Assembly: GCA_044867645.1 (NCBI GenBank)
Contig: JBIOVI010000063.1
Coordinates: 329-64,328 of the forward strand
DNA: 64,000 bases
DNA from: Solirubrobacterales bacterium
GTDB taxonomy: Bacteria > Actinomycetota > Thermoleophilia > Solirubrobacterales > 70-9
Direction of reading: 5' to 3'
Both the position numbers and the translations under genes were made by a program. Shown in pieces: positions 24,122-33,302 of this stretch; the first letter of the stretch is position 1; every line of letters begins with the position of its first letter. Below the pieces are notes generated by a model. It was not told the origin of the DNA and did no database searches. It worked only from the letters and a program-made list of their open reading frames with translations.

Positions 24122-25471
24122 CTACGCGGCATCTCGGGCGACGCCATCGACCTTGAGGTCGTCGAAACGGTGCAGCTCCGCGGCTGGCACCTTGGCACGG
24201 ACGAGCACGCCATCGCCACGCTCGGTCCGCTCCAGGGCACCGGCGACCTCGTGCAGCTCGTGCAGCCGGGCGCCCTGGCTGTAGGGAACCAGCAGCTCAA
24301 CCTCGGCCAGCGTGTCCTCGAAGGCCGCCTCCACCCGCTCGCGCAGCCCCTCGATCCCCTCGCGGGTCAGGGCGGAGACCGCCACCGCGCCGGGGTGGCG
24401 CAGCAGGGCTTCGCCGCGCTCGTCGGGATCGAGCAGGTCGGCCTTGTTGAGGACGAGCAGGCGCGGCTTGTCGCCGGCTCCGATCTCCTCCAGCACCGCG
24501 TCGACCGCCCGCAGATCGGCCAGCCGCCGCTGCTCGGGCGCCGCGGCGTCGACCACCTGTAGGACCAGATCGGCGAGGACCGTCTCCTCCAGCGTGGCCT
24601 TGAAGGCCTCGACCAGCTGGTGCGGCAGCTTCTCGATGAAGCCGACCGTGTCGGTGAAGAGGAAGTCGCGCCCGGAGAGGGGGACGCTGCGGGTGGTCGG
24701 GTCGAGGGTGTGGAAGAGCCTGTCCCCCACCGCCACCTCGTCGGTGCCCGTCAAGGCGTTGAGCAGCGTCGACTTGCCGGCGTTGGTGTATCCCGCGAGG
24801 GCGACCCGGGGCAGCGAGGAGCGATCCCGCCGCGCCCGCATCACATCGCGATTGCGCTCCAGGCGCTGCAATCGCCGCCGCAGCGCCGCGATCCGGTCGC
24901 GCGCCAGGCGCCGGTCGGTCTCGATCTGGCTCTCTCCCGGTCCCCTGGTGCCGATGCCGCCGTCCATCCTGCCGGCGCCGAGGCGCTCGAGGTGCGTCCA
25001 GAGGCCGCGCATCCTCGCCATGTTGTATTCGAGCTGCGCCAGCTCGACCTGGAGCTTGCCCTCGGCCGAGTGGGCATGGTCGGCAAAGATGTCGAGGATG
25101 ACCGCGGTGCGGTCGATCACCGGAACGCCGAGAGCAGCCTCGAGGTTACGCTCCTGGCGCGGTGCCAGCTCGTCGTCGCAGGCGACCAGGTTCGCGTCGC
25201 AGGCGCCGATCTGCTCCTTGACCTCGGCCAGCTTGCCGCGGCCGAGGTAACGGTCCGGGTCGGGCGCGGAGCGCTGCTGAACCGCCTCCCCGGCCGTCGC
25301 CACCCCGGCGGTGCGCAGCAGCTCCTTCAGCTCAGCCAGCGAGTCGCCTTCCTCACCGCCGTCGGCGATGCCGATCGCCAGCGCTCGCTGGCGAGCGCGC
25401 GGATTGGAGACGCCGGCGCCGTTGGCGGCGTAGTGCGTCTGCTTGCTGCGCCCGTTCCTGGATCGATCCAC
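24122..25471 (-). CDS. hflX: GTPase HflX
   Basis: GTRGPGESQIETDRR and G1 GYTNAGKSTLLNAL, plus DTVGF and NKAD. Exact start uncertain. Confidence 0.9.
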   Translation of the reverse strand: MDRSRNGRSKQTHYAANGAGVSNPRARQRALAIGIADGGEEGDSLAELKELLRTAGVATAGEAVQQRSAPDPDRYLGRGKLAEVKEQIGACDANLVACDDELAPRQERNLEAALGVPVIDRTAVILDIFADHAHSAEGKLQVELAQLEYNMARMRGLWTHLERLGAGRMDGGIGTRGPGESQIETDRRLARDRIAALRRRLQRLERNRDVMRARRDRSSLPRVALAGYTNAGKSTLLNALTGTDEVAVGDRLFHTLDPTTRSVPLSGRDFLFTDTVGFIEKLPHQLVEAFKATLEETVLADLVLQVVDAAAPEQRRLADLRAVDAVLEEIGAGDKPRLLVLNKADLLDPDERGEALLRHPGAVAVSALTREGIEGLRERVEAAFEDTLAEVELLVPYSQGARLHELHEVAGALERTERGDGVLVRAKVPAAELHRFDDLKVDGVARDAA

Positions 25472-25518
25472 TCGATCTGATTGTAGGTGGCGGGACTTCC
25501 TGGATAGGCTTAGCGGCC

Positions 25519-26517
25519 GTGAAGGTCTTCGTTACGGGAGGAACCGGCTTTATCGGCGGCACGGTCGCCCGCCAGCTGCGCGATCGCGGCGACGATGTCG
25601 TCTGCCTGGTCCGCAACCCGGACAAGGCAGCGAAGCTGACCGAGCTGGGCTGCCAGATCGTCAGCGGCGACCTCGGCGACACCGAGGCGATGCGCAACGG
25701 CATGGACGGCTGCGACGCCGTCGTCCACGCCGCCGCGATGTACGAAGTCGGGATCCCCGCCAAGCAGCACCCGGCGATGTGGGAGGCAAACGTCGCCGGC
25801 ACCGAGCACGTGATGAACGCGGCGCTCGAGGCGAAAGTGGCGAGGATCGTCTACGTCTCCACCTGCGGCATCTTCGGCAACACGCACCGCAAAGTCGTCG
25901 ACGAGACCTACGAGCACCCGGGCAAGGAATTCACCTCCTATTACGAGGAGACGAAGCTCGAGGCGCACCGGATCGTCAAGCGGATGACCGCCGAGCAGGC
26001 CCTGCCCGCGATCATCGTCCAGCCCGGCGGTGTCTACGGTCCCGGCGACACCTCGCAGGTCGCCGACCTGCTGCAGGAATTCTTCGCCGGGAAGCTGGTG
26101 CTGATGCCCTTCCCCGAGTTCGGAATCTGCATGACCCATGTCGAGGACATCGCCGGCGGCATCCTGCTCGCCCTCGACAAAGGCAGGATCGGCGAGACCT
26201 ACGTGTTGAGTGGACCGGTGACGACGATGCGCGAGGCAATCGAGACCGTCGCCGCCGCCAGCGGCCACAAGGCTCCCAAGCGCGCGATGCCGGTGGGGCT
26301 GATGAAGGCAATGACGCCGATCGGGCCTTTGGTGGGCAAGATGCTGGGCCAGCCGCCGAACCTGCGCGAGCTGATCTCCTCGGCGGACGGCGTCACCTTC
26401 TGGGCCAGCCACGAGAAGGCCAGCCGCGAGCTGGGCTACGCGCCGCGCGGCATGGAGGAGGGCCTGCGACAGACGCTGGAAGCCGACGAGCGCTTCCCCT
26501 CTCCAGCGCCGGCCTGA
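25519..26517 (+). CDS. NAD-dependent epimerase/dehydratase (extended SDR)
   Basis: MKVFVTGGTGFIGG and YxxxK (YEETK). Confidence 0.8.
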   Translation: MKVFVTGGTGFIGGTVARQLRDRGDDVVCLVRNPDKAAKLTELGCQIVSGDLGDTEAMRNGMDGCDAVVHAAAMYEVGIPAKQHPAMWEANVAGTEHVMNAALEAKVARIVYVSTCGIFGNTHRKVVDETYEHPGKEFTSYYEETKLEAHRIVKRMTAEQALPAIIVQPGGVYGPGDTSQVADLLQEFFAGKLVLMPFPEFGICMTHVEDIAGGILLALDKGRIGETYVLSGPVTTMREAIETVAAASGHKAPKRAMPVGLMKAMTPIGPLVGKMLGQPPNLRELISSADGVTFWASHEKASRELGYAPRGMEEGLRQTLEADERFPSPAPA

Positions 26518-26532
26518 CCGGCTGCAACCTCG

Positions 26533-27357
26533 ATGCGCGTCATCGACACGATGCACCTGGGGCGGCCGCACGTGATCGGCTGCTGGCAGGTCGACGGTGC
26601 CCTGGTCGATCCGGGGCCGCAGTCGTCGATGGGGACCCTGCTCGAAGCGCTGGGGGACGAGATGCCCCGCGCCCTGTTGCTCACCCACATCCACCTCGAT
26701 CATGCCGCGGCGACCGGAGCGCTGGTGCGCCGCTGGCCCGACCTCGAGGTTTACGTGCACGAGCGCGGCGCTCCCCACCTGATCGACCCGTCGAAGCTCC
26801 TGGCCAGCGCAGAGCGTCTCTACGGCGATCGGATGCAGCGGCTCTGGGGGGAGATCGTGCCGGTCCCCGAGGCCAACGTGAAGGCGCTGGCCGGTGGGGA
26901 GAGCGTGCTTGGCATGCGGGTCGCCTACACCCCTGGCCACGCCTCCCATCACGTCTGCTATCTGCACGAGGAGAGCGGCACCGCCTTCGTCGGCGACGTC
27001 GCCGCGGTCCTCGTCCCCGGCACGAACCTGATCGTGCCCCCCACCCCGCCGCCGGACATCGACGTCGAGACCTGGGAGGACTCGATCGGCATCGTCGAAG
27101 GCTGGCGGCCACAACGGCTCGCCCTCACCCACTTCGGCGCGGTCGAGGAGCCGTCTGAGCACCTGGCGAAGGCGCGGGAACGGCTCCGCGAGGAGGCTCA
27201 GCTCGCCCGCGAGCTCTCCGAGGACGATTATGAGAAGCGCCATCGCAAGCTAGTCGCCGAGAGCGCTGACAGCGAGGAGGCGGCGGCCGAGCTGCTCCAG
27301 TGTGTCCCGCCCGAGTACCAGTGGCGCGGGCTCGACCGCTACTGGAAGAAGCGTTAG
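26533..27357 (+). CDS. MBL-fold metallo-hydrolase
   Basis: HIHLDHAAA (HxHxDH) motif. Confidence 0.8.
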   Translation: MRVIDTMHLGRPHVIGCWQVDGALVDPGPQSSMGTLLEALGDEMPRALLLTHIHLDHAAATGALVRRWPDLEVYVHERGAPHLIDPSKLLASAERLYGDRMQRLWGEIVPVPEANVKALAGGESVLGMRVAYTPGHASHHVCYLHEESGTAFVGDVAAVLVPGTNLIVPPTPPPDIDVETWEDSIGIVEGWRPQRLALTHFGAVEEPSEHLAKARERLREEAQLARELSEDDYEKRHRKLVAESADSEEAAAELLQCVPPEYQWRGLDRYWKKR

Positions 27358-27412
27358 GTTCTACCAACCCCATGGGTAGGGGCGTCTCGTCACCGAAGAG
27401 GGGAGCCAAGAA

Positions 27413-28252
27413 GTGAGCCGCAATGCGAGCCGACCGTCACTCCGCACCTGTGCCTGCTTCGTCGCAACCGCGTTTGCCGCGAGCGCTCTCGCCGCCTGTG
27501 GTAGCGAGGACGAGCAGAGCCTGACCTTCACGATCACCGACCAGGGCGGACAGGTGAAGGTCACCGGCCCCGGGAGTGCCGAGAGCGGAACCGCCGAGAT
27601 CACGCTGGAGAACGAAGCGAAAGGCGGGAACGACCTGCAGCTGATCCGGGTCGAGGGCGACCACTCTGCGCAGGAAGTCGTCGAAGCCCTCGGCAAGGCG
27701 AGCAGTGGGCAGCCGTTCCCCGACTGGTTCTTCGCCGGCGGCGGCATCGGCGGCAAAGGGCCCGGTGGGAGCGGGACGGTGACGCAGGTGCTGCAGCCCG
27801 GGACCTACTACGCCCTGAGCACGGAAGGACGCCCCGATCCGAAATCGCTCGCCGCGGTTGAGGTGAGCGGCGAGGAGTCCGATGATGAGCTGCCCGAAGC
27901 GGACGCCACCATCACCGCGGTCGAGTACAGGTTCGACACGGAGGAGCTGCCGTCCGGGCAGATCGAGGTCGACTTCGAAAACGACGGGATCCAACCCCAT
28001 CACCTGCTCGTCTCAGAACTGATCGGCGACGGCACCGCGGCGGACGTGGAACGGTTCTTCAAAACCGAAAAAGGCAAGCCGCCGCTGCGTGAAAACACCC
28101 AAGCCACCGCCGTGATCGAAGGCGGCGAAGGCCAGACCGTCGCGCTCGACCTGAAGCCGGGCCGTTACGCCTTCTACTGCTTCATCAGCGACCGCCAGGG
28201 CGGCCCGCCCCACGCCTTCAAAGGCATGATCGACGAAGTCGAGGTGGAATAG
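27413..28252 (+). CDS. lipoprotein of unknown function
   Basis: Lipobox SALAAC after a hydrophobic N-terminus. Two similar beta-rich halves. The C-terminal FYCFISDRQGGPPHAFKGM is loosely cupredoxin-like. Confidence 0.6.
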   Translation: MSRNASRPSLRTCACFVATAFAASALAACGSEDEQSLTFTITDQGGQVKVTGPGSAESGTAEITLENEAKGGNDLQLIRVEGDHSAQEVVEALGKASSGQPFPDWFFAGGGIGGKGPGGSGTVTQVLQPGTYYALSTEGRPDPKSLAAVEVSGEESDDELPEADATITAVEYRFDTEELPSGQIEVDFENDGIQPHHLLVSELIGDGTAADVERFFKTEKGKPPLRENTQATAVIEGGEGQTVALDLKPGRYAFYCFISDRQGGPPHAFKGMIDEVEVE

Positions 28253-28276
28253 AGCTGCAGAGAGGCGGCGGCGCGC

Positions 28277-29446
28277 TCAGGCGAAGTGCTCGCGCATCCG
28301 CTCGACCGCCTCGGCGATGCGGTCGTCGGGGGTGGTGAGCGCGATGCGGAAGAAGCCCTCGCCGCTCGGCCCGTACATCGAGCCCGGCGATACGACGACC
28401 GCCGCCTCTTCGAGCACCAGCTCGGCGAATGAGGTCGAGGTGTGCCCGTCGGGCACCGGAGCCCAGACGTAGATCGTGCCTTTCGGCGCGGTTACCTCGA
28501 CGCCGATCTCGCGCAGCGCCGAGACGACTAGGTCGCGGCGGCGGGCGTAGGTCTCGTTCATCCGCTCCAGCGGCCCGGACGGACCTTGCAGGGCGGCGAC
28601 GCCGGCCTTCTGCACGGCCTCGAACAAGCCCGAGTCGACGTTGGTCTTCAGCCGCCAGTAGGTCTGCACCGCCTCGGCGTTGCCGAGGATCGCAGCGCAG
28701 CGCCAACCGGTCATGTTGTAGCCCTTGGAGAGCGAGAAGACCTCGACGCCGACCTCCTTTGCGCCAGGGGTCGCGAGAAAGCTGGGAGCGACGTAACCGT
28801 CGTAGGTCGTCTCCGAGTAGGCGTTGTCGTGGACGACGAGGATTTCGTGCTCGCGAGCAAAGGAGACGACCAGCTCGAAGAAGCCCTCGGGCACGGTCGC
28901 GCCGGTCGGGTTGTTCGGGTAGTTGACGAACATCAGGCGCGCCCTGGCGGCGACGTCGGGGGGCACCGCACTCAGGTCGGGGGCAAAGCCCAGCTCCGGC
29001 ACGAGGGGCAGCAGCTCCGGCGTGGCTCCAGCGAGAATCGGACCGCCGGTGTAGACGGGGTAGCCAGGATCCGAGGCGAGCGCGACGCCGCCGGGATCGA
29101 GAAAAGCGAAGCAGAGATTGTAGATGCACTCCTTGGCGCCGATGGCCGGAATCACCTCGCTGCCGGGGTCGATCTTCACACCGAAGCGCTCGTCGTAGAA
29201 GCGGGCGAACGCCTCGCGGAAGTCGTCGCGGCCGCGATTGCTCGGGTACCGATGAGTGGCCGGATCGGCGACCGCCTCCTGCATCGCCGTGACGATGTGA
29301 GGATAGGTCGGTTCGTCGGGATCGCCGATCCCGAGGCTGATCACGTCGATGCCGGCGGCGCGCTTCTCGGCGATCCGCCGCTCCAGTTCCTGGAACATGT
29401 AGGGAGGCATCGCCTCCAGGCGCTTGGACGGGTCTGCGATTCCCAC
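28277..29446 (-). CDS. class I/II PLP aminotransferase, LL-diaminopimelate aminotransferase-like
   Basis: PPYMFQEL N-terminus and PLP-Lys context SLSKGYNMTGWR. Adjacent to dapF. Confidence 0.7.
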   Translation of the reverse strand: MGIADPSKRLEAMPPYMFQELERRIAEKRAAGIDVISLGIGDPDEPTYPHIVTAMQEAVADPATHRYPSNRGRDDFREAFARFYDERFGVKIDPGSEVIPAIGAKECIYNLCFAFLDPGGVALASDPGYPVYTGGPILAGATPELLPLVPELGFAPDLSAVPPDVAARARLMFVNYPNNPTGATVPEGFFELVVSFAREHEILVVHDNAYSETTYDGYVAPSFLATPGAKEVGVEVFSLSKGYNMTGWRCAAILGNAEAVQTYWRLKTNVDSGLFEAVQKAGVAALQGPSGPLERMNETYARRRDLVVSALREIGVEVTAPKGTIYVWAPVPDGHTSTSFAELVLEEAAVVVSPGSMYGPSGEGFFRIALTTPDDRIAEAVERMREHFA

Positions 29447-29487
29447 GGGCGCGGAAATCTAGACGAATCGACTTTGCGCCGGTCGTC

Positions 29488-30333
29488 CTAGCCGTCGAGA
29501 TCGGCGAGGACCTGCAGCATCTCGGGTGAGAGTTTGCCGGAGCAGATCGGCTCCGCCCAGCCGGTCAGGGTCACGTCGAGATCGTCTGAGATCTCGACTT
29601 CGAGCTCGCCGCCATCGAGCTCGACGACGATCGGGCTGGATGCGCCGCCTAGAAAGGCAGTTACCGCAGCGCCGCTGGCGCCCGTCCCGGAGGAGAGCGT
29701 CTCCCCCACCCCTCGCTCGAAGATCCGTGCTCGGACGCGACTGCCGTCGATCTTCAGGAAGGAGACGTTGGTGCGGCTGGGGAACAGCTCGTGGCCTTCG
29801 ATCCCCGGACCGATCTCAGCCAGGTCGAGCTCCGCCAGCGCGTCCCCAACGACGATCGCGCACTGCGGATTACCGATCGAGATGTGCTGGAACTCCCACT
29901 TACGACCGGCGGCCGTCAGGGTGCCACTGCCGTCCGACCCACCCGACGGGAAGTCCTTTGAGGCAGTCGAGGCCCTGCCCATCTCGACCGAGCAGGTCCG
30001 CTCCGAGGTGATCGTCGGTGTAATCGGCCCGGCCGCGGTGCGGATGGCGAAGGTGTCGGCCTCGGTCCAACCGTGCCGTCGCAAGTAGAGGATCGCCTCC
30101 CGCGCGCCGTTGCCCGAAAGCTCGGCCTCGCCGCCATCGGGATTGAAGATGCGCAGCTCGGCGACGAACGCGGGGTCATCGCTGCGCGACAGCAACAGCA
30201 CTCCGTCGGAGCCGATGCCGAAGTGCGGGTCGCAGATCCGCTGCACCCGTGCAGGGCTCAAATCCCACGGCAGCTCGTCGGCCTCGACGATCACGTAGTC
30301 GTTTCCCAGCGCCGTCCACTTCTCGAATCGCAT
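29488..30333 (-). CDS. dapF: diaminopimelate epimerase
   Basis: MRFEKWTALGNDYVIV, NPDGGEAELSGNG, and the second-Cys region GETLSSGTGA. Confidence 0.9.
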   Translation of the reverse strand: MRFEKWTALGNDYVIVEADELPWDLSPARVQRICDPHFGIGSDGVLLLSRSDDPAFVAELRIFNPDGGEAELSGNGAREAILYLRRHGWTEADTFAIRTAAGPITPTITSERTCSVEMGRASTASKDFPSGGSDGSGTLTAAGRKWEFQHISIGNPQCAIVVGDALAELDLAEIGPGIEGHELFPSRTNVSFLKIDGSRVRARIFERGVGETLSSGTGASGAAVTAFLGGASSPIVVELDGGELEVEISDDLDVTLTGWAEPICSGKLSPEMLQVLADLDG

Positions 30334-30387
30334 CGCCGCACCCTACCCAGACGTGCCGGGACTTAGAGGTCCATATGGGCGCTTAAG

Positions 30388-31122
30388 TCACGGCACGTCC
30401 AGCGTGGCAGCGATTTGGGTGGCCACCTCGACGTCTGAGCGGTCGGTGCGATCGATCCAGCGCAGGTTTGGGATCTTGCGCATCCAAGTGAGCTGGCGGC
30501 GGGCATAGTTGCGGGAACGCTTCTTCATCCGCTCGACGTCGCCGGCGAGCAACTCGTCGAAGCCGAGCGCCTTGCGCGCCGTACGCGACGGGCCCAGTGC
30601 CTCGGCCCTCCTGACCTCCTCGGCGGCTCCGCCGGAGACGATCGCCTCGGTCCGCGCGTCGATCCGCTCGTAGAGCTGGGCGCGGTCCATGTCCAGCCCG
30701 AAGATCGTCGTCGGCAGCCGGGTCTCGGACGACCAGAGCTCGGAGTCCTCAGACCCAGAGGGCACCTTTTCGAGCGACAGCTCGGCCACCGCCGCGCGCA
30801 GATACAGCCCGGTCCCCCCCACCACGATCGGTTGCCGCCCCGCCGCCAACGCCGCATCGATCTCCACGTGAGCCAATCGCATGTAGTCACCGACGGAAAA
30901 CGGCTGGGTAACGGAGACGAAGCCCACCAAGCGATGCTCAAGCCTGTCTCGCTCGGCTTCCGTTGCTACGCCCGTCAGCGCCTCGAGACCCTCGTAGACC
31001 TGCAGCGCATCGCACGAGATCGCAACCGGGTCCTCGCCCCGCTCCTTCAGCAGCGTGGCAAGCTCGATGGCGACCCCGGTCTTGCCGACACCGGTAGGCC
31101 CAAAGATCGCGACTACGCGCAT
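30388..31122 (-). CDS. miaA: tRNA dimethylallyltransferase
   Basis: P-loop IFGPTGVGKTG and GGTGLY motif. Rather short at 244 aa. Confidence 0.85.
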   Translation of the reverse strand: MRVVAIFGPTGVGKTGVAIELATLLKERGEDPVAISCDALQVYEGLEALTGVATEAERDRLEHRLVGFVSVTQPFSVGDYMRLAHVEIDAALAAGRQPIVVGGTGLYLRAAVAELSLEKVPSGSEDSELWSSETRLPTTIFGLDMDRAQLYERIDARTEAIVSGGAAEEVRRAEALGPSRTARKALGFDELLAGDVERMKKRSRNYARRQLTWMRKIPNLRWIDRTDRSDVEVATQIAATLDVP

Positions 31123-31159
31123 CGGAAATGTGGCTCAGGCGTTCCGTAATGGCCGTGTC

Positions 31160-31251
31160 GGGGCTGCCCCGAACGGCTTGTACTTTTTCGTCGTCGGGAC
31201 CGTGGACGACTAATCCGAAACCACCGAAAAAGTTGAGTGAGGGGTTGCCCC
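31160..31251. repeat. AT-rich palindromic intergenic element, copy 1 (CTTGTACTTTTTCG ... CCACCGAAAAAGTTGAGTG)
   Basis: Shares two 14-19-nt blocks with 54975-55039. Flanked by GGGGCTGCCCCGA and GGGGTTGCCCCGA. Lies between miaB and miaA. Confidence 0.7.
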
Positions 31252-31260
31252 GACACCGCC

Positions 31261-32580
31261 CTAACCGACGCGACTGAGCAACAGCTCCGTCCCACTGAGA
31301 GTCGTCGAAGTCGCGGCGTCGATCTGAACCGTGACGAACTCACCGGGCACCCCAGTTCCGTCGAAATTAACGGTCTTGTTATGCCTGGTACGCCCACGCA
31401 GCCGAGTCGGATCGGTCCTGCTGGGACCCTCGACCAGCACCTCGAGCTCGCGCCCGACGAACCGCTGCGCCCGCTCGGTAGCTCGCCGCTGGACCAGCTC
31501 GACCAGCCGCTCCATCCGCTCGCGCTTGACCGGGTGCGACACCTGCTCTCCCATCGTCGCCGCCTCGGTTTCTCGCCGCGGCGAGAAGACGAAGGTGAAG
31601 GCGCCGTCGTAGCCGACCTCGTCGACTACCTCGAGCGTCTGCTCGAAGTCAGCCTCGGTCTCACTGGGAAAGCCGACGATGATGTCGGTCGTGATCGCGC
31701 AGTCGGGGACGTGCTCGCGGATTAGCGAGACGCGGTCCATGTAGCGTCGGCGGTCGTAGGTGCGCCGCATCCGCTTGAGGATCGCGCTGGATCCCGATTG
31801 CAGTGGCAGATGGATGTGCTCGCAGAGCGAAGGCAGCTCGGCGTGGGCACGGATCACGTCCTCCTTCATGTCCTTCGGGTGCGGGCTGGTGTAGCGGACG
31901 CGGTCGATGCCGTCGATCGCGTCGATCTGAGCCAACAGCCCCGAGAAGCCGACCCGCGACTCCGCCGGCAGGTCGCGGCCGTAGCTGTTGACGTTCTGAC
32001 CCAGCAGCGTCACCTCGCGCACTCCATCCGCGGCAAGGGACGTCGCCTCCGCGATCAGCTCCCCGGGATCGCGGCTCACCTCCCTGCCCCGAGTCGAGGG
32101 CACGATGCAGTAGGCGCACCTGCAATTGCAGCCTTGGGAGATCTGCAGCCAGCCCTGGAACTCGCGCTGCCGGCGCGCCGGCAGATGACCGGAGAAATCC
32201 TCGAACTCGAAATAGCCCTGCGCCGTCAAAGAGTCGGAGGTGAGGAACTCCGCGAGCTTGTGGATCTGACCCGGCCCGAAAGCGACGTCGACGAAGGGAA
32301 AGCGCTCGAAGACCTCCTCCTTGACCGACTGCGCCCAGCAGCCGCCGACCCCGACGACGCGCTCGGGGTCTTCGCCTTTCAGCCGCTTCGCCTCACCGAG
32401 GTGAGCGACAAACCGATTGTCGGCCGACTCGCGGATCGAGCAGGTGTTGAAGAGGATCAGATCGGCCTCGGCACGACTCGCCGCCTCCTCGTAGCCGAGC
32501 GACTCGAGCATGCCCTGCATGCGCTCGGAGTCGTGCACGTTCATCTGGCAGCCGAACGTGGTTACGTGGTAGGTGGGCAT
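31261..32580 (-). CDS. miaB: tRNA (N6-isopentenyl adenosine(37)-C2)-methylthiotransferase
   Basis: TFGCQMNVHDSE UPF0004 domain, radical-SAM CNCRCAYC, and a C-terminal TRAM domain. Confidence 0.9.
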   Translation of the reverse strand: MPTYHVTTFGCQMNVHDSERMQGMLESLGYEEAASRAEADLILFNTCSIRESADNRFVAHLGEAKRLKGEDPERVVGVGGCWAQSVKEEVFERFPFVDVAFGPGQIHKLAEFLTSDSLTAQGYFEFEDFSGHLPARRQREFQGWLQISQGCNCRCAYCIVPSTRGREVSRDPGELIAEATSLAADGVREVTLLGQNVNSYGRDLPAESRVGFSGLLAQIDAIDGIDRVRYTSPHPKDMKEDVIRAHAELPSLCEHIHLPLQSGSSAILKRMRRTYDRRRYMDRVSLIREHVPDCAITTDIIVGFPSETEADFEQTLEVVDEVGYDGAFTFVFSPRRETEAATMGEQVSHPVKRERMERLVELVQRRATERAQRFVGRELEVLVEGPSRTDPTRLRGRTRHNKTVNFDGTGVPGEFVTVQIDAATSTTLSGTELLLSRVG

Positions 32581-32627
32581 CCCCCTCAGGGTACTGACGG
32601 TGCGAGATGCGACGGTTTGCAGCGTCC

Positions 32628-33248
32628 TCAGCGGATGGTGAGGGTGCCTTCCATGCCCGCTTCGGCATGGCCGGGCACGGTGCAGAGGAAGGTGTAGGTG
32701 CCCGGCGCGAGATCGGCGCTCACCGACGTCTTCCCTTCGGAAATCGTTTCCGAGACGGCGATCTGCTTGCCGCCTTGCTCGATCGCCACGTCGTGTTCGA
32801 GCGTTGCCGGATTGTCGAAGTCAATCGTCACCTTGCCGGGCTTGCTGCTCAGCGTCGTCGTGTCAAAGGCGATCTCGGTTGGGTCCGCCGCCAGCTGCAG
32901 GGTGCCGCCGGGGCCTTTCGAGGCCGCTTCGGGCTTCGGCATCCCGCTCGCCTCGCGCTTCGCCTCTCCCCCACCCTCGGTCTTGCCGGTCTCGGCGGGC
33001 GTCAACCCCTCCTCTTCGGTGAACTCCTGGCCGGCCTGCTCGAACTCGCTCGCTCTCGCCTCCTGCTCGTCCTTGCCGTTGAGAACGGCGAACGTCGTCG
33101 CGGCGCCCACCAACGCGACGAACCAGAGCGCGACGAGTGGCGCCATCCGTCCCGGGAACCGCTCGAAACGCAGTCCCGCGAAACTCACCAGCACCGCCGA
33201 CACGGCGAGAGCCGCGCCGCAGACGTAAAAGATCGTGGCGTTATCCAT
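32628..33248 (-). CDS. membrane-anchored cupredoxin (plastocyanin/azurin-like blue copper protein)
   Basis: N-terminal TM segments. Type-1 Cu ligand pattern H...CTVPGHAEAGM at the C-terminus. Confidence 0.75.
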   Translation of the reverse strand: MDNATIFYVCGAALAVSAVLVSFAGLRFERFPGRMAPLVALWFVALVGAATTFAVLNGKDEQEARASEFEQAGQEFTEEEGLTPAETGKTEGGGEAKREASGMPKPEAASKGPGGTLQLAADPTEIAFDTTTLSSKPGKVTIDFDNPATLEHDVAIEQGGKQIAVSETISEGKTSVSADLAPGTYTFLCTVPGHAEAGMEGTLTIR

Positions 33249-33302
33249 GCGCGGCGGAATCCTATCCAGTGAGGACGGCGGAGCGACGCCGGCGGATAGG
33301 CG

